DNA from: Hyalangium minutum
Lineage (GTDB): Bacteria > Myxococcota > Myxococcia > Myxococcales > Myxococcaceae
Length of the DNA stretch: 64,000 bases
Reading direction: 5' to 3'
Assembly (NCBI RefSeq): GCF_000737315.1
Contig: NZ_JMCB01000004.1
Span: 476,314-540,313, forward strand
Shown here: piece by piece, positions 29,550 through 39,140 of the stretch
Position numbering within the stretch: the first letter of the stretch is position 1
How the letters are laid out: every line of letters starts with the position of its first letter
The notes under the pieces: model-generated
Seen by the model: the letters and a program-made list of their open reading frames with translations, nothing else
What the model was told of the DNA's origin: nothing
Database searches by the model: none
Made by a program: the position numbers and the translations under genes

Positions 29550-31052
29550 TCACCTCAGATTCGCTAGGAATTTCAGGGCCTTGAGGCCTGGTAGGAAGAA
29601 GTAGGCACCGCCTCGGACGGTGATGAAGCGCTCAAGGCCCTCCACGCAGCGGCGCAGGGGTTGACGGGGCACCGTCATGGCTCGAGTCCCCTGTGCCACG
29701 AGCGGATCCCGCTCCGCATACCGGCCGCCGAACTTGCCGTTGTTGAGCCACGTCTGCTGGAGGAACTCGAACTGCCGGGCGATGTTGGCGTTGAGGGCGA
29801 TGAAGATCATCCCCTGGTCCGCCCCGTCCGAGTAGGTGATGCCCCGGCGCAGGATGCGGTGGCGTCGGCTCACCTGCCGGGACAGCTCCGCGTTGGGTGG
29901 CAGCGCATCCCGAGGATTGGCGCGGCGCACGTGCGAGGCCACGGGGCAGCCGTAGCCCTGCGGATCCTTCTCCGCGAAGCCGAAGCTGTTGTCGGCACCG
30001 TCCTTGCCGCCGGAGGTGGGGGCCGGGGGCGTGTCTTCTCCTGGCTTCAGCGGCGCGCCGTTGGGCCAGCGCCCCATCAGCTTGGCCGCGAGCCACTGCT
30101 TCTTCTGCTCGTCCGTCTCGCCGACGGCCACCGACTTGTGCGCTTCGAGGAACTGCTCGAAAGCCTCCACGTCCTGCCGGAGCTTGCGCATCACGAGGAA
30201 GCTGCCGTTCTTCCCCAGCTCCTTCCAGCCGGCCTCTCTGCCTGGCGGGAGGACTCCCGATGCGTCCAGCGCGGCAGGGACCTCCGGCGTCTGAGGAACC
30301 TCCGCGTACTCGTTCTCGTAGCCCAGGAGGAACTCCCCCGGCTTGACGGGACCGCCGTGGTCTAGCGCCGCGTGCTTCGGATCGGTGAACCCTTCGAGCT
30401 GTGGCTGGGAGATCCCATCGCGGAACCCGAAGTGCTCGATGGCGTGGCCCTCGGAGTTCTTGCGCCGTGCGGCTCGCTGAGCGTGCAGCACTCGCAGGCC
30501 TCCCGCTTCGAGCCGGGCCCGCTGCAGCTCGAGCAGCGCGGTGACCTCTGCGTCGGTGGTTCCGTAGAGCATCAGCAGCAGGTGGAGATCCTCCTGAGCC
30601 GCCGGACCCGACGGGCCACCGAACTCCCAGGCTTCGGGCGCGCTCACGTCCTCGTCACCCAGGATGTCGGCGCGGGCGGACATGCCGTCGCGGAACTCCT
30701 CCGGGAAGGTCTCCAGCGCCTCGGCTGGAAGCCCGAGCGCCCGCAGCCCGCTCCACGTCACCGCGAGGTTCACGCCCGTCGTCCAGTGGGAGAGCTGCTC
30801 GGAGGTCTTGTCGGCCCCGGTGGTGATGTCAGGGAGCGTCTGGCGCAGCCAGCTCCTCGCCCGGGGGGGATCCTCGATCCTCAGCAGCAGGAAGCACGCT
30901 GCGTCCATGACCTTGTACCCATGGACCACGAGCCCTTGGATGTCGGCCGCCGGGTGCCGGAGATCGCGGGGTGGGCGCTTTCGCAGGAATGGCGGCAGCA
31001 GCCGTTGGGCGCGTTGGAGCACCGGGCTTCGTGAACTGTCGATCCGCAACAT
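29550..31052 (-). CDS. Dyp-type heme peroxidase
   Basis: EHFGFRDGISQP (GxxDG), KLRQDV, SHVRRANPRD (proximal His), HRILRRG, FEFLQQTW; GGAGG RBS upstream. Confidence 0.9.
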   Translation of the reverse strand: MLRIDSSRSPVLQRAQRLLPPFLRKRPPRDLRHPAADIQGLVVHGYKVMDAACFLLLRIEDPPRARSWLRQTLPDITTGADKTSEQLSHWTTGVNLAVTWSGLRALGLPAEALETFPEEFRDGMSARADILGDEDVSAPEAWEFGGPSGPAAQEDLHLLLMLYGTTDAEVTALLELQRARLEAGGLRVLHAQRAARRKNSEGHAIEHFGFRDGISQPQLEGFTDPKHAALDHGGPVKPGEFLLGYENEYAEVPQTPEVPAALDASGVLPPGREAGWKELGKNGSFLVMRKLRQDVEAFEQFLEAHKSVAVGETDEQKKQWLAAKLMGRWPNGAPLKPGEDTPPAPTSGGKDGADNSFGFAEKDPQGYGCPVASHVRRANPRDALPPNAELSRQVSRRHRILRRGITYSDGADQGMIFIALNANIARQFEFLQQTWLNNGKFGGRYAERDPLVAQGTRAMTVPRQPLRRCVEGLERFITVRGGAYFFLPGLKALKFLANLR

Positions 31053-32523
31053 GATCCCTCCGCTTCAAGATGTAGCTCAACCACTCCCGGGCCCTCATGA
31101 GGTGGGGCTCGGGATCGAAGACGCCTCGTGACAGGAACGAGCCCAGCGCCTGCTTTGCCTCCGCGGAGGAGACGTCGCCGCGCGCGAGCAGCCGTCGCAG
31201 CTGGAGCAAGTGGTGGAGATCCGGGATGGAGGGCTCCACGCGGCCCGCCGGGCCATGCAGGTGGGCGCTGTACCAGACGCGCGTGGGCACCTGCTGCTGT
31301 TGGATCCACGCCTTGAAGGGCTCCACGAAGGGACGGCTGCTCTGGCGCTGGGGAAAGTCCTGTGTGCCGCTCCAGATGCGCACCAGGAACTCGCGCACCT
31401 CGGGGTCGTCCACGAAGGAGTCGATGTACGACTCCCAGCTCCCGTCATAGTTGCTGAAGAACAGCAGCCGGTGCGTCCGAGGCCGGAGCAGCGAGCCTCG
31501 CCCACTGCGGCGGTTCGTCAGCAGGACCCAGCGTGCGCAGTGGATGGCGCGGATGTGGTTGAGCCCCACCACGTAGCGCAGCAGCCGCAGGTTCACGCTC
31601 CGCAGCGTCATCCACAGCGCGGCCCGGGCAACGAGCCCCGGCTCCAGGGTGGCGACGTGGATCATCGGGTTCTGCACCGGGCCTTGCGGCTCCCGTGGGT
31701 AGTTCCGGAGGACCCGGAGGGGATGGAGGGCCTGGCGCGGCTCGATGGGAGCCCGGCGGTGGAAGAGGCCCCGAGCCTTCTTCTCGACGGCGGCAATGGC
31801 ACTGCAGAGGCCCACCAGCGGGAGCGCCACGGCGTAGCGGACCGCGGGATAGAGCAGGGTGGCCCAGGCTGCTCGGGAGCGCGCCAAGTCCCAGCGCCGC
31901 CTCCACTCGGAATCGGAGAGCACGGGCTGGAGCGGACGCAGGTGCTGTTGAATCTCCTGGTGTACCCGCTCCACTCCGAGCTCTTCGTCCCGGGCCAGGC
32001 TTTCGAGCGGGTGGCGGTGGGTGTTCAAGTGGTGCTCGACGGCGTCGCTCAACGACAAGAGCTGGCGCATGCCCTCGGCCGTCTCCACCCGGTAGGCGAA
32101 GTCGACCTGGCGCGCCGTGTAGGGCACGGAGTGGGTCTTCAGGAACTCGAACACCCGGTTGGGCTTGCGCAGCCCCTTGGCGGGGTAGCCCGCGCAGCAG
32201 CGGTAGATGGCATCGAAGGCGCGAGGACCTGACTCCTTCCGGTGCGCGCAGAGCCCGACGACGAGCCGCTCCAGGAACTCCCTCGAGCGCTTCCGGTACC
32301 GGCCATCCTCTGCGCTGAAGTCCGCGCCGAACACCAGCAGCCGCTCGCCGTCCGGCCCGGGCTCGAGGATGCCCCAGCGCGCGAAGGAGAGCCCCTCCAC
32401 GCCTTCGAAGGGATGCGCCTCGCCCTCGCGGATGCGCGCGTTGAGCTCTCCCAGGAGCGCCTCGAGCGCCTTCACCTTCGAGGGCCGGATCTTCGTGACG
32501 ATCGTCAGTGTGCCGTGGAGCAT
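30829..32523 (-). CDS. Dyp-associated hypothetical protein with two similar domains; 3' end runs into the dyp gene
   Basis: Duplicated pattern LSFARWGIL...LLVFGADF and IHCARWVLL...LLFFSNYDGSWESYIDSF. The last ~70 aa are low-complexity and overlap dyp. Confidence 0.7.
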   Translation of the reverse strand: MLHGTLTIVTKIRPSKVKALEALLGELNARIREGEAHPFEGVEGLSFARWGILEPGPDGERLLVFGADFSAEDGRYRKRSREFLERLVVGLCAHRKESGPRAFDAIYRCCAGYPAKGLRKPNRVFEFLKTHSVPYTARQVDFAYRVETAEGMRQLLSLSDAVEHHLNTHRHPLESLARDEELGVERVHQEIQQHLRPLQPVLSDSEWRRRWDLARSRAAWATLLYPAVRYAVALPLVGLCSAIAAVEKKARGLFHRRAPIEPRQALHPLRVLRNYPREPQGPVQNPMIHVATLEPGLVARAALWMTLRSVNLRLLRYVVGLNHIRAIHCARWVLLTNRRSGRGSLLRPRTHRLLFFSNYDGSWESYIDSFVDDPEVREFLVRIWSGTQDFPQRQSSRPFVEPFKAWIQQQQVPTRVWYSAHLHGPAGRVEPSIPDLHHLLQLRRLLARGDVSSAEAKQALGSFLSRGVFDPEPHLMRAREWLSYILKRRDHVADRQFTKPGAPTRPTAAAAIPAKAPTPRSPAPGGRHPRARGPWVQGHGRSVLPAAEDRGSPPGEELAAPDAP

Positions 32524-32987
32524 TCCGCTTCACCTTTCAGGTTGAACGTGAACGCCTCGCACTCCGAGGGCGCGGGCATGGTGTGCGGAGGAGGCGAGCG
32601 GGACCCCTGGAGCTCGTGAGATGCCGTCCGGCGCTGTGGCTGCGTGCTGGCGAGCAGCCGGCTCACGAGCGCCTCGAACTCCTCCATCGCACAGCTCTTG
32701 GGCACGAACTGGACTCCCGGAGCGTGCGGGTTGCCGGCGGAGCTGTGCAGGATGATGGGAATGTCACGCAGCCGTGTGTCCTCGTGCAGCTCGTGGCAGA
32801 GCTCCAGCCCGGTCATGCGCGGCATGTTCCAGTCCGTCACCACGAGATCCGGGTTCGCCTCGCGGGCGATGGACAGTGCCTCGCGCCCGTCACGCGCGCC
32901 CAGCACGCGGTGGTTCATCAGCTCGAGCACTTCCGTGAAGAGGTCGAGCATTTCCTGTTCATCATCAACGAGGAGGATCGTGCTCAT
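32505..32987 (-). CDS. Single-domain response regulator (receiver) with short tail
   Basis: ILLVDDE...PDLVVTDWNMPRMTGLELC...IPIILHSS...FVPK. Confidence 0.88.
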   Translation of the reverse strand: MSTILLVDDEQEMLDLFTEVLELMNHRVLGARDGREALSIAREANPDLVVTDWNMPRMTGLELCHELHEDTRLRDIPIILHSSAGNPHAPGVQFVPKSCAMEEFEALVSRLLASTQPQRRTASHELQGSRSPPPHTMPAPSECEAFTFNLKGEAECSTAH

Positions 32988-33269
32988 GGTGTCGTTGCCT
33001 TCCGTCTCTCAGGTCTCTCTGTCTGGATCGAGTTCTCCCCTCCTCGGTGTGATGTGGGACAGACCGTCCAGCCCGGAGGATGCGTGCGCACCCTGAGTGC
33101 TGCTTGCTCGGCTTCGCGCGCGGCGCAGGGAGGGCCGGGCTTCCGCTTGCTCATGAGGCTGCTGGATCAGCCGTGCGGGGCCAGGCGCGTTGCTTACCCT
33201 CCCCACGGTTCCTAACGTGTGTCGGAGGCGCTGCGCCCGAGGGGACCACGCGTTCCGAAAGGCGGGGAG

Positions 33270-36200
33270 ATGCGTCCAGACGAAGAGCATTCGGACGAGC
33301 AGGCGCACGGCGAGGAGGCCGTGTGGGACGAGGCTGACGACGCCGACCTCGATGACTCCTTGTTGGCTCAGGTAGCCCAGGTCTCCGTTCCACTGCGAGT
33401 CCCATTCCGGGGCGAGCACCTGGGAGGGCAGGACGGGCAGCGCTTCGAGATCCTGGATCAGCTGGGGGGTGGCGCGATGGGCCTGGTGTTCCGGGCCCGG
33501 GACAAGGAGCTTCAGCGCGTGGTGGCGCTCAAGTTCCTGCTCCCGCGCGAGGGGCTGGGCGAGCTGCCCATGAGCTCCCTGCTGCGGCAGGAGGCGAGGG
33601 CCGTGGCGCAGCTCGACCACGAGAACATTGTCCGGATCTTCGACGTGTCCGAGTGGAGCGGGGCGTCATGGGAGCCCAGGATTCCCTTCCTGGTGATGGA
33701 GTGCCTGGAGGGGGAGTGCCTGTCCGCCCTGTTGCTGCAGGAGCACCCTTCGCTGCCGCGCACCCTGGAGATCATGGCCGCTGTGGCGGCGGGACTCGGC
33801 CACGCGCATGAGCACCACATCGTCCACCGGGACCTCAAGCCGGGGAACGTCTTCATCACCCAGAAGGGGCAGGTGAAGATCCTGGACTTCGGGCTCGCGT
33901 GGCTCACCGCGGCCGTCTTCCCAGCGGCGCCCAACTTCCCCGCGGCAGGGACGCCCAGCTACATGGCTCCAGAGCAATGGCGGGGAGAGGCGCAGGACGA
34001 GCGCACGGACATCTGGGCTGCCGGGGTCATGCTGTACGAGCTGCTCGCGGGTGTTCCTCCTTATATAGAGACGAGCCTGGCGGAGCTGAGGGCGCGGGTG
34101 CTCTCCGATGCACCGGTGCCGCGCCTGAGCGAGCGGCGGCCTGGGCTGCCCGAGGAGCTGGAGAAGCTGGTGGCCTCCATGCTGGCGAAGACTCCCCGGG
34201 AGCGGCTCTCCAGCGCCGCCGAGCTCCGGGAGCGCCTGCGCCGCATCGAGGAGGGCCTTACGCCGTGGCGGGACGAGCCTCGGAGCCTGGCGCCGCAGCG
34301 CCGCCAGGTGACGCTGGTGTCGTGCTGGCTGGCCGATCTGGCGGGGCTGGCCGAGCACCTGGATGCGGAGGACTTTGGCGAACTGGAAGGTGCCTTCCAC
34401 CAGTCCTTCTCGGAGATCATCCAGCAGCACGAGGGCTCCATCACCACGTGCATGGGGGACGAGGCGCTTGCGTGCTTCGGCTATCCCCAGGCGCGCGAGG
34501 AGGACCCGGAGAAGGCAGCTCGCGCGGGACTCTTTCTCGCCACGCACCTGGGCACAGCCATCCAGCAGAAGCTGCCGTACCTCCCGCGCCGAAAGCTCAC
34601 CGTGAAGGTGGGGGTGCACACGGACACGGTGGTGCTGGACAACCTCCCCGTGGAGCTGCGCGGACGCACTCCCGCGCTCCAGGGCGAGGCGCCGAAGATC
34701 GCACTCTGGCTGGCCCATGAGGCGGCGCCCGACACGGTGTGCCTCAGCCACACCACGTGGAAGCTCGTCCGAGGCGGCTTCCGCACCGAGCCGCTCGGCC
34801 CCCGGTTCTTCCAGGGGCTGGCGGGGATGGCGAAGCTAGACGTGCACCGCCTGCTGAGGGAGCAGCGCACCACGAGCCGCTTCGAGCGCACCCATGCCCA
34901 GGGACCCCTCACGCCGCTGGTGGGCCGCGAGCCCGAGCTGCACCAGTTGCTCGAGAGCTGGGAGCGCGCTTGCATGGGCCAGGGCGCGTTCGTCCTCGTC
35001 CGAGGCGAGGCGGGAATCGGCAAGTCCCGGCTCATTCAGGAGCTGCGCGAGCGGGTTCCTCAGGACAGCGTCATCCGCCTGCGCTGCCAGTGCTGGGTGC
35101 AGTTCCGCACGAGCGCCTTCGCCCCCATCATCGAGCTGCTCCAGCACTTGCTGCGGCTCGAGTCCGAGGGCAGCCCGCAGGCGAACCTGCGCAAGGTGGA
35201 GGGGCGCATGCGGGCGGCGGGCCTGCCGCCGGAGCACGTGTTCCTGGTGGCGAGTCTCCTCTCGCTGCCCGTGGCCGAGGCGCCACCTCACCTCCGGCTC
35301 AGCCCGGAGCTGCTGAAGGAGAAGACGCTGGAGGCGCTCGCGACGCTGCTGCAGCGGATGACCGAGGAGCGTCCCGTCTTTGCCATCGTCGAGGATCTCC
35401 ACTGGGCGGATCCTTCGACGCTGGAGCTGCTGGGCTACCTGCTGGCCCGGATCGAGAAATGGCGGCTCTGCGTCTTCCTTACCGCCCGCCGCGGCTTCGA
35501 GCCCACCTGGCCTGGGAAGGAGAAGATCCAGGTCCTCACGCTGGAGCGCCTGTCGCCCGCGCTCACCGCGGAGCTGGTGCGTCAGTCCGCCAGTGGGAAG
35601 GCGCTCTCCGAGGAGACCATCGAGCAGCTCGCGGCCAAGACGGACGGCGTGCCGCTCTTCGTGGAAGAGATGACGCACATGGTGCTGGAGAAGGGCTCCA
35701 CGGGCAGCACCTCGGCGGAGCCGTTCTCCATTCCTCTCACGCTGGGAGGGCTCTTGCTGGCCCGCCTGGACAAGTTGCCCCGGCGGCAGAAGGCGCTGGC
35801 CCAGCTCTGCGCCGTGGTGGGCCGGGGCTTCAGCCATGCGCTGCTCGCCACGCTCTCAGGGAGGAACGAGGCAGCGCTCGGGCAGGACCTGAGCGGGTTG
35901 CTGCAGGCGGGCCTCTTGCAGTCGGTGGAGGAGGGCCCCGAGTCTCGGTACCAGTTCCGCCACGCGCTCATCCAGGACGCGGCCTACCAATCCCTGCTGC
36001 GGCGTACGCGGCGCGAGTACCACCGGCGCATCGCCCAGGTGATGGCCGCGCAGTTCCCGGAGCTGGCCGACAGCCAGCCGGAGATGCTCGCCCACCATTA
36101 TACGGAGGCGGGGGAGGTGGAGCCGGCCATCCACTTCTGGGCCAAGGCGGGCCTGCGCGCCAGCGTGCGTTCGGCGAACGTGGAGGCGATCAGCCACCTC

Positions 36201-37334
36201 AACCAGGCGCTCCGATTGCTGCGCAGCCTGCCCGAGGCCTCGCGCCGCCCGGAGCAGGAGCTGGAGCTGCAGGTGGCCCTGGGCCTTCCGTTGATGCAGA
36301 CGCGCAGCATCCGCTCCCGCGAGGTGGAACAGACTTACAGCCGGGCCTTCGAGCTGTTCCACCAGGTGGGCGACGGGCTGACGCGCGTGCAAGCCTCGAC
36401 GTGGGGCTCCTTCGCCTACTCCTTCATGCGCGCCCGGTTCCAGCTGGGGCAGGAGCTGGCCGAGTTGCTCGCGAGCCTGGGCGAGCGCCAGCAGAGCCGG
36501 GAGATGCTCTCGCTGGGCCACCGGATGATGGCCACCAACTTCTTCACCTGGGGGCAGATGACCACGGCCTTGGAGCACGTCGAGCTCGCGCTGAAATACT
36601 CGGACTTCGGGCTCGAGCAGCACCGCGAGCTCGCGGTGAAGCAGTGGGTCAACCCGCGGGTGGCCGCGCTGGCCTATGGCTCCGTCGTCCAATCCGCCCT
36701 GGGCAATATGGAGCAGGCTCGGCGCTGGAGCTCCGAGGCTCTGGTGCTCGCCGAGGAGATTGGCCATCACCACACGCTGGCGCTGGCGCTGACCTACACC
36801 GCACTGGCGTGCCAGCTCCGAGGGGAGCTGGAGTGCGCCCGGGAACGCGCGGAGCGGTGCATCGCGCTCTCCACCGAGCACCGCTTCCGCCTGTGGCTGG
36901 GCTGGTCCGTCTTCATCAAGAGCTGGGTCCTGTCCGAGCAGGGCTCCCCGCGCGAAGGGCTGGCGCTGCTGCGCGCCAACCTCGCGAGGTGGCGCAACGC
37001 GGGAGTCAAGGTGGGCATGCCGCTCTTCCTCGGCATGCTCGCGGAGTACCACATGAAGTTGGGGGAGTACTCGCAGGGGCTGGCGGCCGTGACCCAGGCG
37101 CTCGGGTGGGCGGATGCGTTGGGGGAGCGCTCGTACGAGTCGGAGCTGTACCGGATCGAGGGCGAGCTGCTCCAGGCGCTCGGCTACGGCTCAGCGGCGG
37201 CGACAGCGTTCCTGCACGGGATGGAGGTGGCGGAGCGGCAGGGGGCGCACGGGTTCCGCAGACACGTGGAGGCGGCGCTCGAGCGTCAGCTCCAAGGGGG
37301 GGCGGGCGAGCTGCCACTGTTCGCCCCGCCTTAG
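33270..37334 (+). CDS. Ser/Thr kinase + degenerate class III cyclase + STAND AAA ATPase + TPR protein (copy 2)
   Basis: GGGAMG, VALK, HRDLKPGN, DFG, GTPSYMAPE; RRQVTLVSCWL...GDEALACFGYP; GEAGIGKSRL, VEDLHWAD. Colinear with copy 1. Alternative GTG start at 33219. Confidence 0.9.
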   Translation: MRPDEEHSDEQAHGEEAVWDEADDADLDDSLLAQVAQVSVPLRVPFRGEHLGGQDGQRFEILDQLGGGAMGLVFRARDKELQRVVALKFLLPREGLGELPMSSLLRQEARAVAQLDHENIVRIFDVSEWSGASWEPRIPFLVMECLEGECLSALLLQEHPSLPRTLEIMAAVAAGLGHAHEHHIVHRDLKPGNVFITQKGQVKILDFGLAWLTAAVFPAAPNFPAAGTPSYMAPEQWRGEAQDERTDIWAAGVMLYELLAGVPPYIETSLAELRARVLSDAPVPRLSERRPGLPEELEKLVASMLAKTPRERLSSAAELRERLRRIEEGLTPWRDEPRSLAPQRRQVTLVSCWLADLAGLAEHLDAEDFGELEGAFHQSFSEIIQQHEGSITTCMGDEALACFGYPQAREEDPEKAARAGLFLATHLGTAIQQKLPYLPRRKLTVKVGVHTDTVVLDNLPVELRGRTPALQGEAPKIALWLAHEAAPDTVCLSHTTWKLVRGGFRTEPLGPRFFQGLAGMAKLDVHRLLREQRTTSRFERTHAQGPLTPLVGREPELHQLLESWERACMGQGAFVLVRGEAGIGKSRLIQELRERVPQDSVIRLRCQCWVQFRTSAFAPIIELLQHLLRLESEGSPQANLRKVEGRMRAAGLPPEHVFLVASLLSLPVAEAPPHLRLSPELLKEKTLEALATLLQRMTEERPVFAIVEDLHWADPSTLELLGYLLARIEKWRLCVFLTARRGFEPTWPGKEKIQVLTLERLSPALTAELVRQSASGKALSEETIEQLAAKTDGVPLFVEEMTHMVLEKGSTGSTSAEPFSIPLTLGGLLLARLDKLPRRQKALAQLCAVVGRGFSHALLATLSGRNEAALGQDLSGLLQAGLLQSVEEGPESRYQFRHALIQDAAYQSLLRRTRREYHRRIAQVMAAQFPELADSQPEMLAHHYTEAGEVEPAIHFWAKAGLRASVRSANVEAISHLNQALRLLRSLPEASRRPEQELELQVALGLPLMQTRSIRSREVEQTYSRAFELFHQVGDGLTRVQASTWGSFAYSFMRARFQLGQELAELLASLGERQQSREMLSLGHRMMATNFFTWGQMTTALEHVELALKYSDFGLEQHRELAVKQWVNPRVAALAYGSVVQSALGNMEQARRWSSEALVLAEEIGHHHTLALALTYTALACQLRGELECARERAERCIALSTEHRFRLWLGWSVFIKSWVLSEQGSPREGLALLRANLARWRNAGVKVGMPLFLGMLAEYHMKLGEYSQGLAAVTQALGWADALGERSYESELYRIEGELLQALGYGSAAATAFLHGMEVAERQGAHGFRRHVEAALERQLQGGAGELPLFAPP

Positions 37335-37403
37335 GCATCACATCGGCGGGGCCGGAGCTCCACCCGCTGGGGCGCAAGCCAGAGACAGTCAGGGGACGAG
37401 ACG

Positions 37404-38027
37404 ATGGCGACCGATCGAGAGAAGCTGGAGCAGGAGATCCGGGAGTTGAGCCAGCGGGGGGACACTGGCGGAGCGGTGGAGCGTGCGCTGCAGGGCTACG
37501 GGATGGAGATCATGCGGCTGATGGCCTCCGTTCTGCACAACCCCGAGCTGGCCAAGGACGCGTTCAGCCTCTTCTGCGAGAACCTCTTGAAGGGCTTGCC
37601 GTCCTTCCGCTGGGAGAGCTCCTTCCGAACGTGGGCGTACCGGCTGGCGCGGAACTCCTGTTACCAGTTGGCGCACGCTCCCTCGGCGCGAGAGACGCCG
37701 GTGAGCTCCTCGGGGATTCCGGACGCGGCGCTTCGCCAGCGCTCCGACACGCGCCCCTGGCAGCGGACCTCGGTGAAGGAGCGCTTCCGGGCGCTGCGCG
37801 AGAGCCTCGAGCCCGAGGATCGCATGCTGCTGCTGCTGCGAGTGGATCAGCGGCTGGCGTGGACGGAGGTGGCACGCATCATGTGGGACTCGGACGAGCC
37901 GATGACGAGTGCGGCCCTGTCGCGCAAGGCCACGGCACTGCGCCAGCAGTTCCAGCGCATCAAGACCCACCTGCGGCAGATGGCCACCGAGCAGGGGCTG
38001 CTCGAACAGGATCAGCCGCCGGTGTGA
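37404..38027 (+). CDS. ECF-type RNA polymerase sigma factor
   Basis: Sigma-2 FRWESSFRTWAYRLARN; sigma-4 LRESLEPEDRMLLLLR...WTEVARIM. Confidence 0.8.
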   Translation: MATDREKLEQEIRELSQRGDTGGAVERALQGYGMEIMRLMASVLHNPELAKDAFSLFCENLLKGLPSFRWESSFRTWAYRLARNSCYQLAHAPSARETPVSSSGIPDAALRQRSDTRPWQRTSVKERFRALRESLEPEDRMLLLLRVDQRLAWTEVARIMWDSDEPMTSAALSRKATALRQQFQRIKTHLRQMATEQGLLEQDQPPV

Positions 38028-38075
38028 CGCGGAGCGCGTGTACGGAGAGAGTGCGCGCGGCCTATCGTCGAGCGC

Positions 38076-39125
38076 ATGAGCGACACCTCACTTCAGCCTC
38101 GGGATGTGCTGCCTTCGAGACTCGCGCGGGAGTACGGCGTGGACGTGCCCTTCGTGGGGGCGGGGATGGCGTTCGTGGGAGGGCCCCGGCTCGCGGCGGC
38201 GGTCTCCAACGCGGGAGGCCTGGGGATGCTCGGGACCGGCCCGATTCCTCCAGCGGTCGTGGCGGGGCTCGTCCAGGCGACGCGCGGGATGACCTCGCGC
38301 CCGTTCGGCATCAACTTCATCGTCGCGAATGGGAGCCCCACTGGGGATCAGCCGTTCACCACGGACGAGCACATCGAGGTCTGCGTCCAGCAGGGCGTGA
38401 AGCTGGTGACCTTCCACTGGAACGTTCCGCCGGAGCGCTGGGTTCGCCGGCTGCATGAGGCGGGGGCACGTGTCTGGATGCAGGTGGGCTCCGTAACCCA
38501 AGCCCGCGAGGCGGTGGCGGTGGGTGTGGACGGGGTGATTGTCCAGGGCGTGGAGGCAGGTGGCCACGTCCGAGGGACGACGCCGCTGCTCACGCTGTTG
38601 CCCGAGGTCATTGCTGCGGTGGCGCCCCGGCTGGTGCTGGCGGCGGGAGGCATCGTGGATGGGGCCTCGGCGGCGGCGGCGTTCTCGGCGGGCGCGGAGG
38701 GCGTATGGGTGGGAACGCGGCTGGTCGCCTCCGAGGAGTCGGATGCGCATCCGGAGTACAAGCAACGGCTCGCGGCGGCGAACACGAGCACGGCGGTGAC
38801 GACGTTGTTCGGTCCCGAGTGGCCGGGGCAGCCGATGCGCGTGCTGCGCAACCGGGTCGTGAGCGAGTGGGCGGGACGTGAGGGCCAGGTGCCTCCGCCG
38901 CAGCCGGGCGTGTCCATCGGCCGGGCGATGATGGGACCCGTTCCCTACGAGATGCCGAAGTTCAGCGCGATCCTGCCCATGCCGGGCGTGACGGGAGACT
39001 TCGAGGAGATGTGCCTGGCGGCCGGGGAGGGCGTCTCACGGATCCACGACATCCGGCCCGTGGCCCAGATTGTCGATGAGATGATACGAGACGCGGCGCA
39101 GGCGCTGCGGACGGCTCGCAAGTAG
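38076..39125 (+). CDS. Nitronate monooxygenase family flavoprotein
   Basis: PFVGAGMA, AAAVSNAGGLG, VQGVEAGGH, LAAGGIVDG, VWVGTRLVASEES, AGEG. Confidence 0.9.
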   Translation: MSDTSLQPRDVLPSRLAREYGVDVPFVGAGMAFVGGPRLAAAVSNAGGLGMLGTGPIPPAVVAGLVQATRGMTSRPFGINFIVANGSPTGDQPFTTDEHIEVCVQQGVKLVTFHWNVPPERWVRRLHEAGARVWMQVGSVTQAREAVAVGVDGVIVQGVEAGGHVRGTTPLLTLLPEVIAAVAPRLVLAAGGIVDGASAAAAFSAGAEGVWVGTRLVASEESDAHPEYKQRLAAANTSTAVTTLFGPEWPGQPMRVLRNRVVSEWAGREGQVPPPQPGVSIGRAMMGPVPYEMPKFSAILPMPGVTGDFEEMCLAAGEGVSRIHDIRPVAQIVDEMIRDAAQALRTARK

Positions 39126-39140
39126 CGGCGGCTCCGTCGC

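Noticed and set aside
34739-38458. 1239-aa alternative-frame ORF
   Set aside because: Ala/Gly/Arg/Pro-rich shadow ORF of high-GC DNA overlapping motif-supported kinase, sigma and monooxygenase genes.
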